Assembly: GCA_964252035.1 (NCBI GenBank)
Contig: CAXUOO010000116.1
Source: Podarcis erhardii
Lineage: Eukaryota
DNA length: 64,000 nt
Direction: 5' to 3' (one strand)
Below, in pieces: positions 1 to 15,920 of this stretch. Positions within the stretch are counted from its first letter, which is position 1; each line of letters opens with the position of its first letter. The notes beneath the pieces are model-generated. The model had not been told where the DNA came from. It did no database searches and saw only the letters and a list, made by a program, of their open reading frames with translations. Both the position numbers and the translations under genes were made by a program.

Positions 1-8
1 CGTTATAA

Positions 9-46
<38 letters not shown>

Positions 47-525
47 TTGTATACAAAAAACAATTGTAAATATATATATATATATATGTATGTTGTACAA
101 ACCTAGCTACTCGAAGTCTTTTTCTCTTTCTCTCCCTCTCCCGCTTACGCTCTATATATGCTTGTACATCCATTAGTAAAACATACAAATATAGGTACAT
201 ATATATATGTATATTTATATATTTGAAGGTACATATAAGCTGCTTAAATGTATGTGTGTGTGTGCGATAGTATTTTGCCCTAAGTTTCGCATCAGCCCTC
301 TCTCACTAGTTTTAAATACGCCCCCAAAATATGGAAAAACCCTACTGGAATATTATATAAACTCCTTTACAAGAAGAATGAGGTAGAAACATGGATATAC
401 TCTGAGGTAGACATATTTGAATATTTTCTAGATTTCATATGAGGTAGTCTCTTAAGCTGAGCCGTTGCATCCGAGTGAGAAACTTGTGCTTTTATGTTGA
501 CAGACAGTGATAGAACATAGTAGAC

Positions 526-610
526 TAGACACACATACAATCAGTCGAATTCAGAGTAGACACACATACAATCAGTCGAATGCAGAGTAGACACACATAC
601 AATCGTCGAA
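526..610. repeat. 31-bp tandem repeat, about 2.8 copies
   Basis: Unit TAGACACACATACAATCAGTCGAAT(T/G)CAGAG starting at 526, 557 and 588 (third copy truncated). Confidence 0.9.
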
Positions 611-1378
611 AAATGCAAGTAAGAGTTTACTTTCGTGATGCTGCAGCATATTTCATTTTATGGAACTACAAGAGACAGCGCCAATTTTGGAGAAAAGAAA
701 TTTCTGCAGGGATTGTGCAAATAGATAAGAAGATCTAAGCATGCAGGCGTACATACGCATACACATATTTTCAAGCCATGAGCGCGAGTGATATGAATAA
801 AAAAGACTTGAGATACACACACAGCAGAAGAAAGCATATATAAAGTCAGACCCGCTTTCCTCACCTGTGCGCTCGACCCTTTATTTGGGGAAGCTGCAGT
901 TTATTCTCCAAACAAAACAATTGATTGTGACAGAAATGCATCTACTTCTCTAGACAGGCACAGAATGGACAACAGTCACTGTGCAAAAGATGAAGAACGG
1001 GAACAAATAGGCTTATACATATATATATATATATATGCGTATATGGAAACTGCAGCTTTGTGCTGGTGGAGCTTGGACTGAGAATATGCGTTAATATTTT
1101 CAAGTGAAAATGTATTATTAGCCATCAAGTGGTTTTTTCACATCCTCGTCAAGTAGTACATTCCTCGTGGTAAAATCGTTTGATTTCCAAAGAATGTGTA
1201 AATATACATGACATACAGATACATATATATATATGTTTATATATCTTCAAAACCTCTTTTGAAACAAGTTGAGGTTAGGCGACTTTGAAGACTTGACTGA
1301 CGCGCATACTACATGAAACACAGTTGTAGGCAAGAGTGGAAAAAACATGTGGTAGTTCAGAAGTAAATTTGGACGTAC

Positions 1379-1509
1379 TTGGCAGGAATATATACATTTA
1401 GTGCAAACATATTCGAGTAGATGCTGTCGTATCGAACTCCCGGAACTGAGTAGCTAGCTACGAGAATCTTCGGTAGACCGTTCGGGAGCAGCCACAAGTC
1501 AGCGAAGTT
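1379..1509 (-). CDS. Ferlin exon 21 (last traced)
   Basis: ttctcag|NFADLWLLPNGLPKILVASYSVPGVRYDSIYSNMFALNVYIPA|GTACGT, phase 0 to 2; no convincing phase-2 exon found in 1-1378. Confidence 0.72.
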
Positions 1510-3484
1510 CTGAGAAAAAAAGCGCCAACTCAGAGAATGTAAATCACATATGTATGTGCACGCTTTTGTTTGTCAAAGCTCTTTTTCGGCAAAAAAATGG
1601 AAACAGTGTCATGCAACGCGCACTTTTCTCAGCAGTTGAAACCGTCAAATATAGCTAAATATATATACATATGTATGTAGCACGCCACATATATCGACAT
1701 CAGGCTATATGTAGTGCGTTCTTAAAAGGCGTATACTCGCATCTAAATTGTTTATGTATATATATAGTTTGTGTGTGTGCATGAGTATATTACTACGACG
1801 GTCACGTGTAATACTTTCATTCTAATATGTGGAACCAACACACACTGAAAAGCTTATATTTGCACACATGTGCATGTAACTCGTAGGACAAATGTTCACG
1901 TTTACTCAACACATAGTAACATAGAGTTGAAATTGCCATCTGCTTGGTTGTACACCTACACACATATATGGAAAGATTCATCTGCGTAGACAAACAAATG
2001 TCTGTCTGCGTAAGCTTGAGCAAAGAAATCTGTTTTCTGCCGCACAGAAAAATGTAGAGCTCTGCGTTGTTTGACTGAGAGTCAAGACACATACAGCGAT
2101 GAAAAAAGGACTATCACTGGCACTCAATAAGTTCGTTTTTTTGCGGCTTTCTTTGCAGTCAAACTCAACACAGCAGGTGGCGAATCCGCCTTGATATAGA
2201 CGAAAATCATATATGAGAAAAAAGTTCGCTTTTGCTCAACCGAAGCGAACAGCAAGCAGTCGACTGCAAAAAACGGATGAAAAAGAGGCCACGGTCTCTG
2301 CTAGTCAAACGACTGTCTTTGTGTAACTTTTTTTTAATACAAATCTCACAGTATCGTCTGAATCTGCAACGCCAACTTTTCGTTGCTCAACTTCAACTTT
2401 CGAGAGAGCATCTGCAGTTTCTCGATCCGCTGCACTCAGTGCTTGCAGTCCCACTTGCATGCGTTTGTTCAAATAATTTTCTTTTCCATGAAACCCTTTC
2501 AGCAGCCCGCCTAATGCGCATTTTCAATCAACGCATACTTAATTTTCCACGTGCATGCATCCGGCTGCTTCAGTCTCTTCTCTCTGTCTCTCTACGCTGG
2601 AGTCTGTGTGTTTTTTCGTCTCAATTTTTGCTCTCTCGTCTTATTCGTTGAGTTGTAAATTTGAACAAAACTGTTACAAATGTACAGTGTGGGTCTAGGT
2701 GAAAAAAGCGGAGCTTTCATTTTCGTCCAAACTTTTTCGAAAAATCTGCATCACCCTTGTGTGCATGCGTTCCAATGTGGCTTTCACAAATTCATTCACA
2801 CTACGCGAAAACATCCTCTCGCGTTTTCCAAGTATATGAAGTCGTCACTCTACATTCACAAGCTTGCTTGAGAGAAGATGTTTAATATGTAAAACGGTGA
2901 GAAAAACACGCCAACTTGATCGTGAAAAATGCATCAGAGTGTGTAGCGTCTCACGATAATAAAATCCCAGAGAAATCCTTTTCTCCACGGTAAACAGATA
3001 AAGGCATGTGTCCATAATCGATTTTTACCCCCATCCTCTCTACTTAGCCGTATATATACATACATATGTATATATTATATATATATATATATAGTCGTAT
3101 GTCTGAATACTTATGTACATACAAATTGTGCAGGTCGAGAATTGATATAGTTCAGCTGGCAAGAAAAACACAAAGTGCGTAAGTAGAAATTCATACTTGA
3201 TACAGATATATATATATACAGAGACAAAGAAAGACGTGTATGTGTACACATTTGTCTATATTTTTTCGTGGAATTGAGAATATACGCACATGACAGACAA
3301 ATGTGTTAGTAGACGCAAGTTCGTTTCCGTGTTCGTGTGGCAATTGTGAAGCACATGGATCTGCCAAATACTGCAACATTCATACATACACACAGAGAAC
3401 GACACTAAAAAGCACATATATATATATACATGTATTTGTATGCACATTCTTCAATCAATGAACTGCTGTTAGTTGCTTCTGTTG

Positions 3485-3534
<50 letters not shown>

Positions 3535-4073
3535 GCACATTCTTTAGGCATGAACTGCTGATCGTTGCTTCTGTTGACACATATATATATATATACATGT
3601 ATTTATATGCACATTTGTTTAACAATGAACTGCTGTGCGTTGCTTCTGCTTCTGTTGACAAACACCGGCATCACAGCAACTCACGCCAAAGTGCTGCTGT
3701 TGCTATTCTTTTTACACAAAGCAATGGAGACAAGCAGTTCAGAGACTGAAATCATCTCTATCTGAAAAACTGGTTTATGCTCAGTTTTCTTTGGTAGGAA
3801 ATATTTGCGAAATTGCACGTTGCATGCGACGATATTCACCGCGCGCCCCACTGCCTCTCCCCTCTACACATGAGAGACAAATTAGACAGCTACACACAGA
3901 TGCGATAAATATAAGACATGCACCCCTATATAGAAAACGAAAGGCTCTGCACATATGGACTCGCATTCGTAACAAAGCATACACTGGCACATGCGTTTGA
4001 TAAAAAATAAAAAAATTCACGCAGATGAGCATTTTCGCGATAAATACCTTCACATACATATATATATATATAC

Positions 4074-4104
<31 letters not shown>

Positions 4105-6533
4105 TATTTCAAGGTATGTGGGTCAGGCTCATTGGTTTATACATGTGTTGATCTCCTTTTTCGCTCCATTTTCATATTGCGAGACACTCAGTCAACTGTT
4201 GTTGTGGTCGACTGAATTATAGAGTTAAATACATATTTTAGGCACATATTTACGATTTTTTTTTGCGGAAACGTGCAACTCAAAACAAGTGTAGTAAATC
4301 AGTTCTGCAGCATGTGATCGAGAGGATTAAGAAACTTTTTGGAATCACGAGTTATTTATTTTAGGGCGAACCTAGTTGTTTCAAATCCAGTGAGTCAGCG
4401 AAGTCATTGGTGGGCAAAATTGCGGCTAAAGCAGCTTGCTGGTCGAGGACCCAAGGCATCAGTGGAACTAGCGACATTGAATACTCCCCTATAAAATACT
4501 TGGGTTTCTTCTTTCGATCATAAACCTGCAAGAGCAAGTCTAGACAAAAACAGCCACTGATTTTGGTGTGCTGGTGAGTGAGTTGACAGCACTCACAGCA
4601 ATACTCGAAAAGACGTGATCAAAGTGATATAAAAAGCGCGTGTAGTTTATACTTATAAACTAGCAATAGACACACCACTTTCCACACTCTTCACAATCAG
4701 TCTCCACATATACATATATACACAATATATACATGTAAACTCATACACATACATATATACACATCTATATACATATATGTCTTGTATATTTATCTGTATA
4801 TGGTTTCTAAGACACACAAGAGAACCTGCACCCATATAAACATATTTTTGTTGGTTTTAATATATATATATGTAAATACGTGAAATACGCAGAAGCGCAG
4901 GCATATATATATGTATAAATATAGACGTAAATACGCGACTGCTATGCCACGTTCTGAGAATGGCCTTGATGAAAGATTTAATTCAAATGGGAGATGCCGG
5001 CACTAAATCAGAGCAATGCATCCCTTCTTTACGTATATAACATTCGCATACATATAAATACATATTTAGATATGTTTTGAGACATCTCAGACAATCATCC
5101 CAACACAGCTGTGTACATAAATATAGACATCAAAACACATAGATATATATATATATATACATTTATATGGTACACATATGCGACTGTTCTGTGTACACAT
5201 AGTTTGGAAACTTGGAGAATCGACCTCCACACGCCTGTGATTTGCATACACAGAAACCCATTTTTTCGATATTTTCTTGGAATTTGAAAAGGTCTCCGTT
5301 TTCTCTTTTAGATGAAGTTGATTTGCGCAATCTCTCAGAAATTGAGTCTATCTTTGTCCAGACACTCAAAGCACTTGTGAGATATATGAAGACAAAAAAA
5401 GCCAAAATTTCAAGCGCCGTATGATTTACCGCGGTACATAGTAGCAGCACTCCACCACATGCCCATATACATACTCAAAATTAATCACTCGCTCACTCTA
5501 GTTGAGAATCATTCTTACACAAATTCCAGATTTTTCGGAAAAAATCAAAGTTGAAATTGATATCCAAACAACGAAATGGTGTAGCTTGTGTGTCGAAGTA
5601 ACTTAATCTGAAAGATAGAACAGATACTGTACTTGTTCTGTCGATTCCCCAAATGCTCACACACTTACTCAATGTACTAAACATTATTCAACAATATACA
5701 TATATATATATATATATACAGATTCATTGGGTTAGACATTACCTGGACTATGAGGCGAGGATCCAGCACGGGGTCTATGGGTACGTCGATTTCTATGGAA
5801 AGAACTTTCATGATATCAACATTATCACTAAGAGAAGCTGTTCGCCACTGTTTATTTACAACCTAAAAGGGTCAAAAGCACAGTGAAGCACAGAACAATA
5901 CATATGCATATATGCACTTACACCGTCTACAAAGACATACAGCCATATAGCTGTTTTGAACCGAAATTTCACCTACTCAGAAAGCTTCTTTTGGTTCAAA
6001 GAGAAAAAATCAGGGACTTTTCGGTCACGAAAACATAAGCAAAAAATCACTGCACTTCTCTCTCTCTATGTAAATTTACATGTGTATGCATATGTATGTT
6101 TTTACGCAAAATCAGTAGGATATAGAATACACACACACACATATATATGTAACAAGCTCGCGTTCTATTGTTTGCATCGAGTATATGTGTCGCAACCCTC
6201 TTTTCATGAAGACAGTTCAATGCTAACTTGAGCTACAAAATTCAAGATTTATAAGTATATGTGTCGACTCCAATTTGTAGAAGCTTTTTTCAGGTGTTTG
6301 TGGTGGTTTCGTTGGAAATTGCTTGAGAGAAAGCATATCGTAAAATTGTGAGAAAAAGAGTAATTCGACCGAAAATAAACGTGCAGAACGACTTTGAGGA
6401 AAAGTGGATGTCTTTTTTGTGAAATACGAAAATCTTCAGCTTTCACTCACACTCTGTAAAAGTGGGGCACCACAAAGCTGAAGGAGGCAGACCGCGAGAT
6501 TTCTGCGCTCCCAGAAATGCTAAACATACACTA

Positions 6534-6585
<52 letters not shown>

Positions 6586-7636
6586 TATACTATTGTGCTT
6601 GAACAAGTAGGGAATCTGTCTTTGAACTTAGCTATACAATCACATATCAAAATTTAACAGAGAAGTCGAGAAACAAGGAGACATACACACACGCAGAGCT
6701 CCTTGCAGTACTTTTTTCGCCTTATACACGAGTGCAAAGATAAATCGACATCTAACTGATGAATAAAATTCACGTGCAGTATAAAATATATATATGTATA
6801 ATATGTATTTATATATACTGAATCATGTGTGAGTCGTTTGCTAAGATATGCATGTGAGAAATATTGAAATCTCGAGAAAGAGCAGCAAAACTGCAAGTGA
6901 AATTCGTTTACTAGTCTGAAAAAGGAAATTCAGTCGGTAGATAGATAACTGAAGAAAACGAAAGGCAATAAAAGAAAAGAGGAACTTGCTTTTTTTGTTT
7001 GCGGATTTGATAAAGAAGCAACGTAGGCAATTCTTTGCACAGGCAGATAACAAGCAAAACGACGATAAGCAGACTTCACATATACAATATATATATTTTT
7101 GGCGAAATTCTCAACGCCTTTCTATGCATTGTCGACTCCGTCAAAAGAAGATAGGTTGAAAAGAGGCAATTCTTCGGACTCTGATTGCTCAGTATTCAAC
7201 AACAAATCGCTAGACACATATAATACGTTGAAAACTTGGAGTCAACAAAAAGAGGAGAAAAAAAGAAGATGTTTACAGTGGGATCTTCAGGCAAATGCCT
7301 TTCGTAACGAAATGACGTTTCTACTCTATCTCTGCCAGAAGAGGCAAAAGAAGAAGCACTAATGACAACTAGCGGAGCTCTGATGCGACGCAGATTCTTC
7401 TTATATTCTTCAGTAGTACTATAAAGCGCCGAGTAATCCAGTCCCTTTCCTAAAAATTAGAAAAACACAAAGAACACAGACACTTGATTTAAGAGCAAAA
7501 CTGCATAAGTGTGCGTGCATCTGTACGTTTCAACCACAAATATGCATAATATGGACACACTTACATAGATCGATGAAACGAATTGCCGATTTGAATCAGT
7601 CACTCATACATATATATATGCATATAAACGTATATA

Positions 7637-7683
<47 letters not shown>

Positions 7684-9641
7684 CACGCATATTTATGGAT
7701 AAACGAATTGGCTTTTAAATCAGTCACTTGATAAGTTTAATCCGCATGCACAAGAAGGTTCAAGCAAGAGCTGAAACACAAGACTCATAGAAAAGGTTTC
7801 ATCGTCTACATATGCAGCTTTACGCGCGTTTGCGAACGCAAAGTTTTCGTTATAAAAAGAAAGAAAGCTCCGCAGTGGTTGAGAGTGTGCATGCGTTTAT
7901 TATGGATGAACGTGCCGACTCATCCGTCGATCCACTGATAGTTGAAGGACAACGTAGAGTTGCTGTTTGATAAATGAGAACATAGAGAGAAAACAGAGGG
8001 GAAGCAGAAAACCATAACTAGTCGATCACTTTCAAATGCTACAAATGCATGAACTTATTCCCGTGACCCGTAAATGCTCATTTTTAAAAAAGTTTAGGTC
8101 TTAGAAAACAATCGGTCACTCCAAAATTCCAAAGAAATCGAAATTTCAGTGTCGAATCAGCAGTGTCTGTAACGATCTCGACAAGGAAATCCATATAACT
8201 ACATGCATACCTTATATATCTATATATATAATGTGAGTTAAGTCGTAACGTTTTTTGACAACACTGTAGAAGTGTTTGGCTCCTACAGTTTGGTGCTCGA
8301 CATTTCTTAACGAAAAATCGGTATGATTGCATTTGTTTACATTTGGATATATTGTGTATATATTTACAAATATGCATTAGACAGTTGTTGTGAAAAACTG
8401 CAGCGGATCAGTTCCTCACTTTTACAATAACACTAATGCGCATGGCAAAACACTTAACCACGCTGAGTGACATAATCTCACTATGATTTATATGCTCTTC
8501 ATATATATATAATATATATCCACATATGTAGCCGTAAACTTGGAGCAAAATTCGTTTGTCAGCATACAGAATCTGCGACTTTGGTGATTAGAGGTACACA
8601 CATAGTAGCTTTCAAATAACATATGCTACGAGACAATACACGTCTCCAATCATGTGGCGCAATACACACTTATCTATACAATATATATATATATATATAT
8701 GTACATGTATGCAAGTGAATTCTTAGTTTTGTGAAAGTGTGCAAAAGGGAGCAAAGAGAGGGAGTGGTGAGTGGGCACAACTTTTCGTCGAGTAATCGCA
8801 TCTATAGGCACACTTTATATGTTCAATATGTGTATGTGATTTGTTTGTATCTCTCTCTTTCACAAGTGTTCCTTTCAATATGTAAAATGGTCTTTTCAGT
8901 GAACAATGGTCTTTTTAAAATGCAAGCAAACTTGAGCGCTTCAAATGAATCATTGTCCCTTCTACCCGCAGCACATTCAAGCTGCAAAACATCATAAATG
9001 CATGCACGAGTGTGCGCTATATACAAAAACACTTAGACACCCATGTAAACGAAACTAAACACTAATACTCCTCTGTTCACTGTTGAATCAAATCTATTCA
9101 CATACATATATACATGTATATGTATGTATGAATATATGGATTATATATGTATGTGTATATATATGTATGTGTATATATATATATATTTATATGTGTAGAT
9201 TTGTAGTGAAGATGATTTTTTTAGGATCTGACTCACCTCTACGAGTCATGTAGAGATTTCTGAGACCCAAACAAGAGAAAGTAAGGGTGCACATATTGAC
9301 GGGTGGATGCATAGGATAGCAAGGCACTGCAAGAGCATCTCGTTTCCGCACTAGTTCAATCAGTAAAAGAATATCTCCAATATGTTTATTGGCATATTTG
9401 CCTCCTCTTAGTTTGATCCAACGCGGAACTGCTATTGTTGGTGGCTCTCCAGGCTGCCAGAACAAGTGCATGCGTTCGTACAAGCGATTACAAAAATGCT
9501 CATACAGCCTGCTAAGTACGAAAGCTTCACATATCTAGACACATATACATGTCAAAGTACGAAATTTCAAAAGACAAAAGAAAGAAAAGCCAAACCAGAG
9601 CACACATATACACGTAGTACGTATATTTATTTTTATCTATA

Positions 9642-9678
<37 letters not shown>

Positions 9679-11133
9679 CAAATGTACGTGCATATGCCAA
9701 AAACACTCGAAACACATGAGGATTTCTAGTTGTCTCAGATGCATATCAGACAAACTTACTTACGTATGTAGAGGAAGATTTCTTGTTTATGCGCAAGTGC
9801 CATATATATACGTCGTCATACATGCAAAACTTCTTGTATTTAGCTACATAATCACAGATGTACTTTTACGTGTGTAAAACATACATATATATATATATAT
9901 ATTTATTTAGTCGGCCAAATATGCAGACCCAAGTCGTGAAGCAAAGGGCATTAAGGCAAGTTTTAATAGGGTGAGTACATACATTATGTATCTTTACGAA
10001 AGGATGTATAAGAGAGCAAAAAAGTAGAGATTTGCGCTTAACTAGCGCATGAGAGTCCTTGCGGAAACACGCACTTGTGAAATTCACGAGCATAAAAATG
10101 ATTATTGTTCATAGTCTACCATCACGTAAGCACATATCCGTTATCTACAGATTTCCCTCTAAACCATCATTTTATAATGTAGAGATTCAGACTTACGTAC
10201 ATAAATTCGTGTATACGGAGAAAATTTGTGCATCATTATGCGTATGTGCACATATACAAGCATACACAGGATATGCTTATGTACGGAGAAATGGAGTCTG
10301 AACAAAAAATAAAGAAGGATAGACACATAAATTTTGAAAATCTATACAAAGTACTAGTTCATAAATATATATACGAGTCGACGCGTATGCAGATATAAGT
10401 GCATGCAGACATGGCCTCAGAGAGCCTGCAACATCATCATATATATGCAGAGACATATACATGATGGTACTATACTGGAATTCACGTAGTAAACAAACAA
10501 ATGCATATGTGTGAGTATGCAAAAATATATGTCTACACTTTCAGAGTGATTAAAGAGAGTCTAGTGAAGCATACAAACTGCAAACAAGTGTGTCTCAAGT
10601 TGTGTAGATATGTGTGAGCTAGCGATTTTGAGCTAGTGATTGAGCGATTCTAATTCTGCCCTTGTGTTGCGTACGACTCGAATCGAAGAGTTAACTACTA
10701 AAAACGATGCGTTCAAGTTGTTCCCCACTGTTTTATCTTATTTTTGAAAACATTGATAGCTAGTGCGTTCATTTGCTCATCTGCCTTGTCTTCAAGATAT
10801 ATAAATTCACGTGAGTAGAGCAACCAACGTCTATCAATCAAAGAATAGCGGTATTAGTGCTGATCGTTTTCAATTGAAATTTCACTAGTAAGCGATGATT
10901 CGATCCTAGCCTCAATGTTATAAGACGCATCGACATATATATGTAGGAGCGCAGCGAGTCGCTACACATCTGCCTATGTGGAGAAGTAGACATTCACTGA
11001 AACTCCTACATGTATATTCATACATATCGAAATGGTGTAAACCTGAATTGATATTGCTAAGATTGACTCGCTGCAAATAAGACACAATATTGCTAATTTA
11101 CTGAGAAAGGAGTATGTATGTGCATACGTAGAC

Positions 11134-11206
<73 letters not shown>

Positions 11207-11504
11207 AGACAGCGTGTGTTGCTAGTTCAGCAAGTGGCTTTGGCTGCTGCTTGCCGTCACATTTGCAAAGGTTTTACGATAATCAAACTCTTCATTTCAA
11301 GCACTGAAGCCGCATGCTCAACTAAGGTACTTGTAAGCATACAATCGTAGCTACACATACGCATGTGGAATGCATTGAGGCTAAAAAAAACTCCATGTTT
11401 TACGTCTACACCTAAAAAGAATAAAAATTCATACATACACACATATATATAGATATATATAGTGACTCTGTGTTTCAGTGGGAGTGACACACATACACTT
11501 GGTA

Positions 11505-11571
<67 letters not shown>

Positions 11572-11999
11572 TATATGTATATATATGAATATATAATCAA
11601 CTATACATAGAAACATATGCAAAATGGCCTACAAACACGTGTCTCGATTATTCAGATATAAATGTAAATATAACTACATATACATATATATATATATATT
11701 TTGTGGCACTCATGTAATTGAGGCGAAAAAAACTTACTCGCGGCTTGCCTCTCAAACGATCGTAATGACAAGTTGCTCGTCCAAGGAACTGAATGCCCCA
11801 AGAACGTCTTTCATAAACTGTCACTACAACAGGCGCTGCTGTAGGCAGTTTTGTAATTGGATCTGTCTGTATTGAATCAGCAGTCAAAAATGAAACAGAC
11901 GTTTGCTACGAGAAAGATATATCTGGCTGCTATCGATCGATCGATATACATATTTACTAACGCGTAGCACTACACAGCGACAAAAAAAATAAACTTATA

Positions 12000-12056
<57 letters not shown>

Positions 12057-13387
12057 GTATATGTGTATGTATGTGTTTGCTCGGAACTTGTACACTTCTA
12101 TTCAATTAGTAATCAACATATATATATGTATATATATATAAATATATGTATATATGTGTATGTGTGTGTTTGCCCGGAACTTGTACACTTCTGTTAAATA
12201 AGTAATCAACATATATATATATATATAATATATGTATATAGGTGTATGTATGAGTTTGCCCGGAACTTGTACACTTGTATTAAATAAGTAATCAACATGG
12301 ACTTTAGTCCCACTGACATCAATGCATCAACAATAATTTTACAAACCATGTGCAATTGGATTGCTTCTTTTTGCTGCTAGATTTCTCTCAGCCCACAAAA
12401 CCCACCCTCCAATGAAACACATAAAGACAGGAGCATACAAATATTTACATATATATATATGTATAGATATGAAAAATGAAACACTTATGTAGATGTATAC
12501 TGATGCATGCATACATGCTAGAGATAGGTAAGGTGAAGATCAAACTGGTGCAGTCATTTGTCTATACTGTATAAACCAGCTTTTAGAGGAGGAAAACGAA
12601 TACACAAATGTACACTTGAATACAGAGCATTTCTGGCTGCATGCTTTCTTCAACTTGTGCACAAAAAGCTTGTTTGCAAGAAGCCGAAGAACGACTCACT
12701 ACCTGCAGCCAAACATCTAAAACACTATTTCGAGATACATACCTACCCCTAATTATATATATATATATGGTATAGATAGATAGATAGATAGATAAATAGG
12801 TAGATAGATACATTTATATTGGGGGTATGTATACTCCTATTTAGATTGTGGTTCGCTGCAATCTGTCGCTGCAATGTTGCAGTCAATAAAGGTGTTTCGT
12901 AATGTTTTTGTCAAAGCGTCGTACAAAAAAAGCACATAGTGAGTCTGAACAAACTAGAGTTCACAGCTGAAAAAAAAACTTACTATTAAAGGCATTTCCA
13001 TGCTTAAACAATCCACGAACACAGGGTTCGAAGACTGTTCACAAACAATCGTTTCTCGAGCAATTCCAGCGCAAGCTACCTGCGAACCGACAATCACGAA
13101 ACAAACTTCATATATATATATGTATACAAATAAATATATATTTTTATACGTGTGTGTATGTGTATAGTAAAAACTCAGCACTTTTACTGGAATTAACGTG
13201 TCTTAACCTTGATGCTGTTATATGTATTTTTTTCCACAAATAGCTGTCTTTTTACTGACTCGTAGAAGTGGGCCAAGGCGGCAAATGGAGTGCAGAAAGC
13301 CATAAAAACAGTGTAAATACCTACACAAAATCGTTTGATAAAAAAAGTTTAGAGTCTTCTACAAACTCACATATGCACATGTATATT

Positions 13388-13422
<35 letters not shown>

Positions 13423-13877
13423 AACCACATCCGTGGTGATGGATGTAATACACCATTATATATATATGTTTCGTGATAAATTGTAAACATACACGTATCT
13501 GAAGAGTTTTTGTGTTACTTCATTTGATGAAGACGACAGCTGATTGTTGTGTGACACGTTGTGCAAATTTGCCAGTATAACCCTGCAATGATAGTATGTA
13601 AAAGAAGGCGCTGAAAAACATATGTCTAAAAAAAAATACTCGGAAACCGATTTTTAAAACGCCAATGATAGAATGTAAAAGAAGGCGCTGAAAAACATAT
13701 GTCTAAAAAAAATGCTCGAAAACCGAAGCCAAAACGCCACTAATAGACTTGCTAAAGGCTATGTACTGACATACAGATGAAGTTCTATACTTGTGCATAG
13801 ACATAAATATACAAATACAGATGTAATTTTCTCCATACTTCTATATACCAGTATCTATCCTTAATAGGCACACTTAC

Positions 13878-13927
<50 letters not shown>

Positions 13928-14980
13928 ACGGAGTGGCACCTACATGCATATATAGTCCCCAAAAAATCAGATTTCATTGATACTCTACAATTCCCACATA
14001 ACCAAACAAACAAAACAGAATTCCAACGAGTAGAAGAAACTGCACCACTTAACCACGCACATACTTCTGCGCTGTTTTCTGTCTTTCCACTACATATACA
14101 TTTCCAATCAAACACACTCTCATAAAGAACACAACAAACCCGCACATACGCGCAATTGTTTTGACAAAGAAGTGGTATGTCATCAGTGTCAAAAACTTTG
14201 CAACTACTGAAAAAAACGGAAAAAAAGAGTAAGGCGGCATTTGTAGCTCGATATTACAGTGTATATAGACACTGAAAGTGACCAACCATTCGTACAGCGA
14301 CGAACAGGAAGAACACAACGCAATACAAACGGAGTTTCCCATAGACGGACACTCTTCTAGAAACACACATGTACAATAACCATACATATATATATATATG
14401 TATATATATGTCTATTATGTATATATGAAATGATGATGCGTGCAGATACACATAGAAGTGCAGTCAAGTGTGTGTGTGTGTGGGTGTGTGTCTATTTTTG
14501 GTGCTCACACAGAAGACATTAGATCACAGTCTACATATGCAGATTACGAGAAATGAACGTTGATTGAACCATCGACCCGCGTTTTAAAGTAGCCTACCCA
14601 AACCGAAAAGCCCTCTATTTTCTTCTACGTAAAATCGATATTTCAGTGGCACTCCACTGAATCCATACATATATGTTTACATACAGATACGCACAAGTAG
14701 ACGAACAGAAAAAGCCGCATTTCTTCCGACTTTCTGCAGTGAAAACGTGTACACGCGTATACCCTCTTGTACGAAGTCTGAGTCTCTACAATTGGGTTCA
14801 AAGCACCCGTCTACTCTTGAGTAATTACCTGCACAAAAGGATTCGGTAGGGCCCCGCTTGGAGACAAAAGATTTCGTGCAGCATAAACGTAAGCGCGTAA
14901 CTGATGGTCAACTGCTCGTACGTATCGTCTCCTACAAAGAAAAGAACGAAAATGCATGCCAAACCTATCTATCTATCTAT

Positions 14981-15026
<46 letters not shown>

Positions 15027-15865
15027 GTGCTCAAGGCGCTTTATGCTCTCTGTGTGTCGAAGTTCAGCTTCATTACAAGTCGCTTCCACGAAACTCAGGC
15101 ACAGTTTGGAGGATCGAACTGGACGTCTACAGAGCAAAAGCATTGTCTCCATTTTGGCAGTTTCCACCTCTAATTCGTATCATTCTACGCAGACCCACCT
15201 CCGTCGTTCACTGCTGTTTTCTGCTTTTTTTAATCTTTTTCACTCGCCTGCCCCTTTTTTCCGTACAAAGTCTGATTTCTGGCTATGTTTTGTTTTTTCA
15301 AACCGCTATTTCGATGTGCTTCCATCGTTCGTGAATTTGCAGTTTTTTTCGGCTCAACAGCTTCCACTATCAAATCAAGCAACACCCGCTATCAGCGGAC
15401 ACCCATCAAAACAGTTACCATATATACATCTATATATATAGACATATAAATATATATATATATATATGTATTCGTTCGTATATACATGTGCTTCGTTGTT
15501 CATCAACGCATGAGATCCTCAACGGGCTTTCTCCAGCGTGGTTGAAAAAGTTGTCCACTTTTTCTTGAACAACAGAGTTTCGGAGATTTCCCTTTCTCTC
15601 ACAACTAAACTCAGTATTTAACACACATATATGTATATATATGTATCGTTGAAACGCAGGATTTCGAGATGTACATACACATACAAGTGTGTCTCTGTAA
15701 ATTTGAGAGTAGCTACGCAATAGAGGGCACATGCAGTTCAGGCTCAGGCTCGTGTGGTTGGTGTGATTTCTTTTTTGCTGGTGTTGCAGACCTGTGCTAA
15801 GCAAAAATTTCGTTTTTAGTCAGTCAAAAAGACTCATAAAATTGTGAAACAACAGTTGCATATTT

Positions 15866-15920
<55 letters not shown>

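Noticed and set aside
865-893. Possible ferlin mini-exon (ctgcag|..|GTGAGG)
   Set aside because: The phase-2 start required after exon 21 gives an immediate TAA; cannot be linked without further evidence
15430-15804. Minus-strand ORF with an exon-like middle (ERKGNLRNSVVQEKVDNFF..)
   Set aside because: Exon 12 joins exon 13 directly in phase with continuous C2 sequence; no ferlin-like content and no good donor
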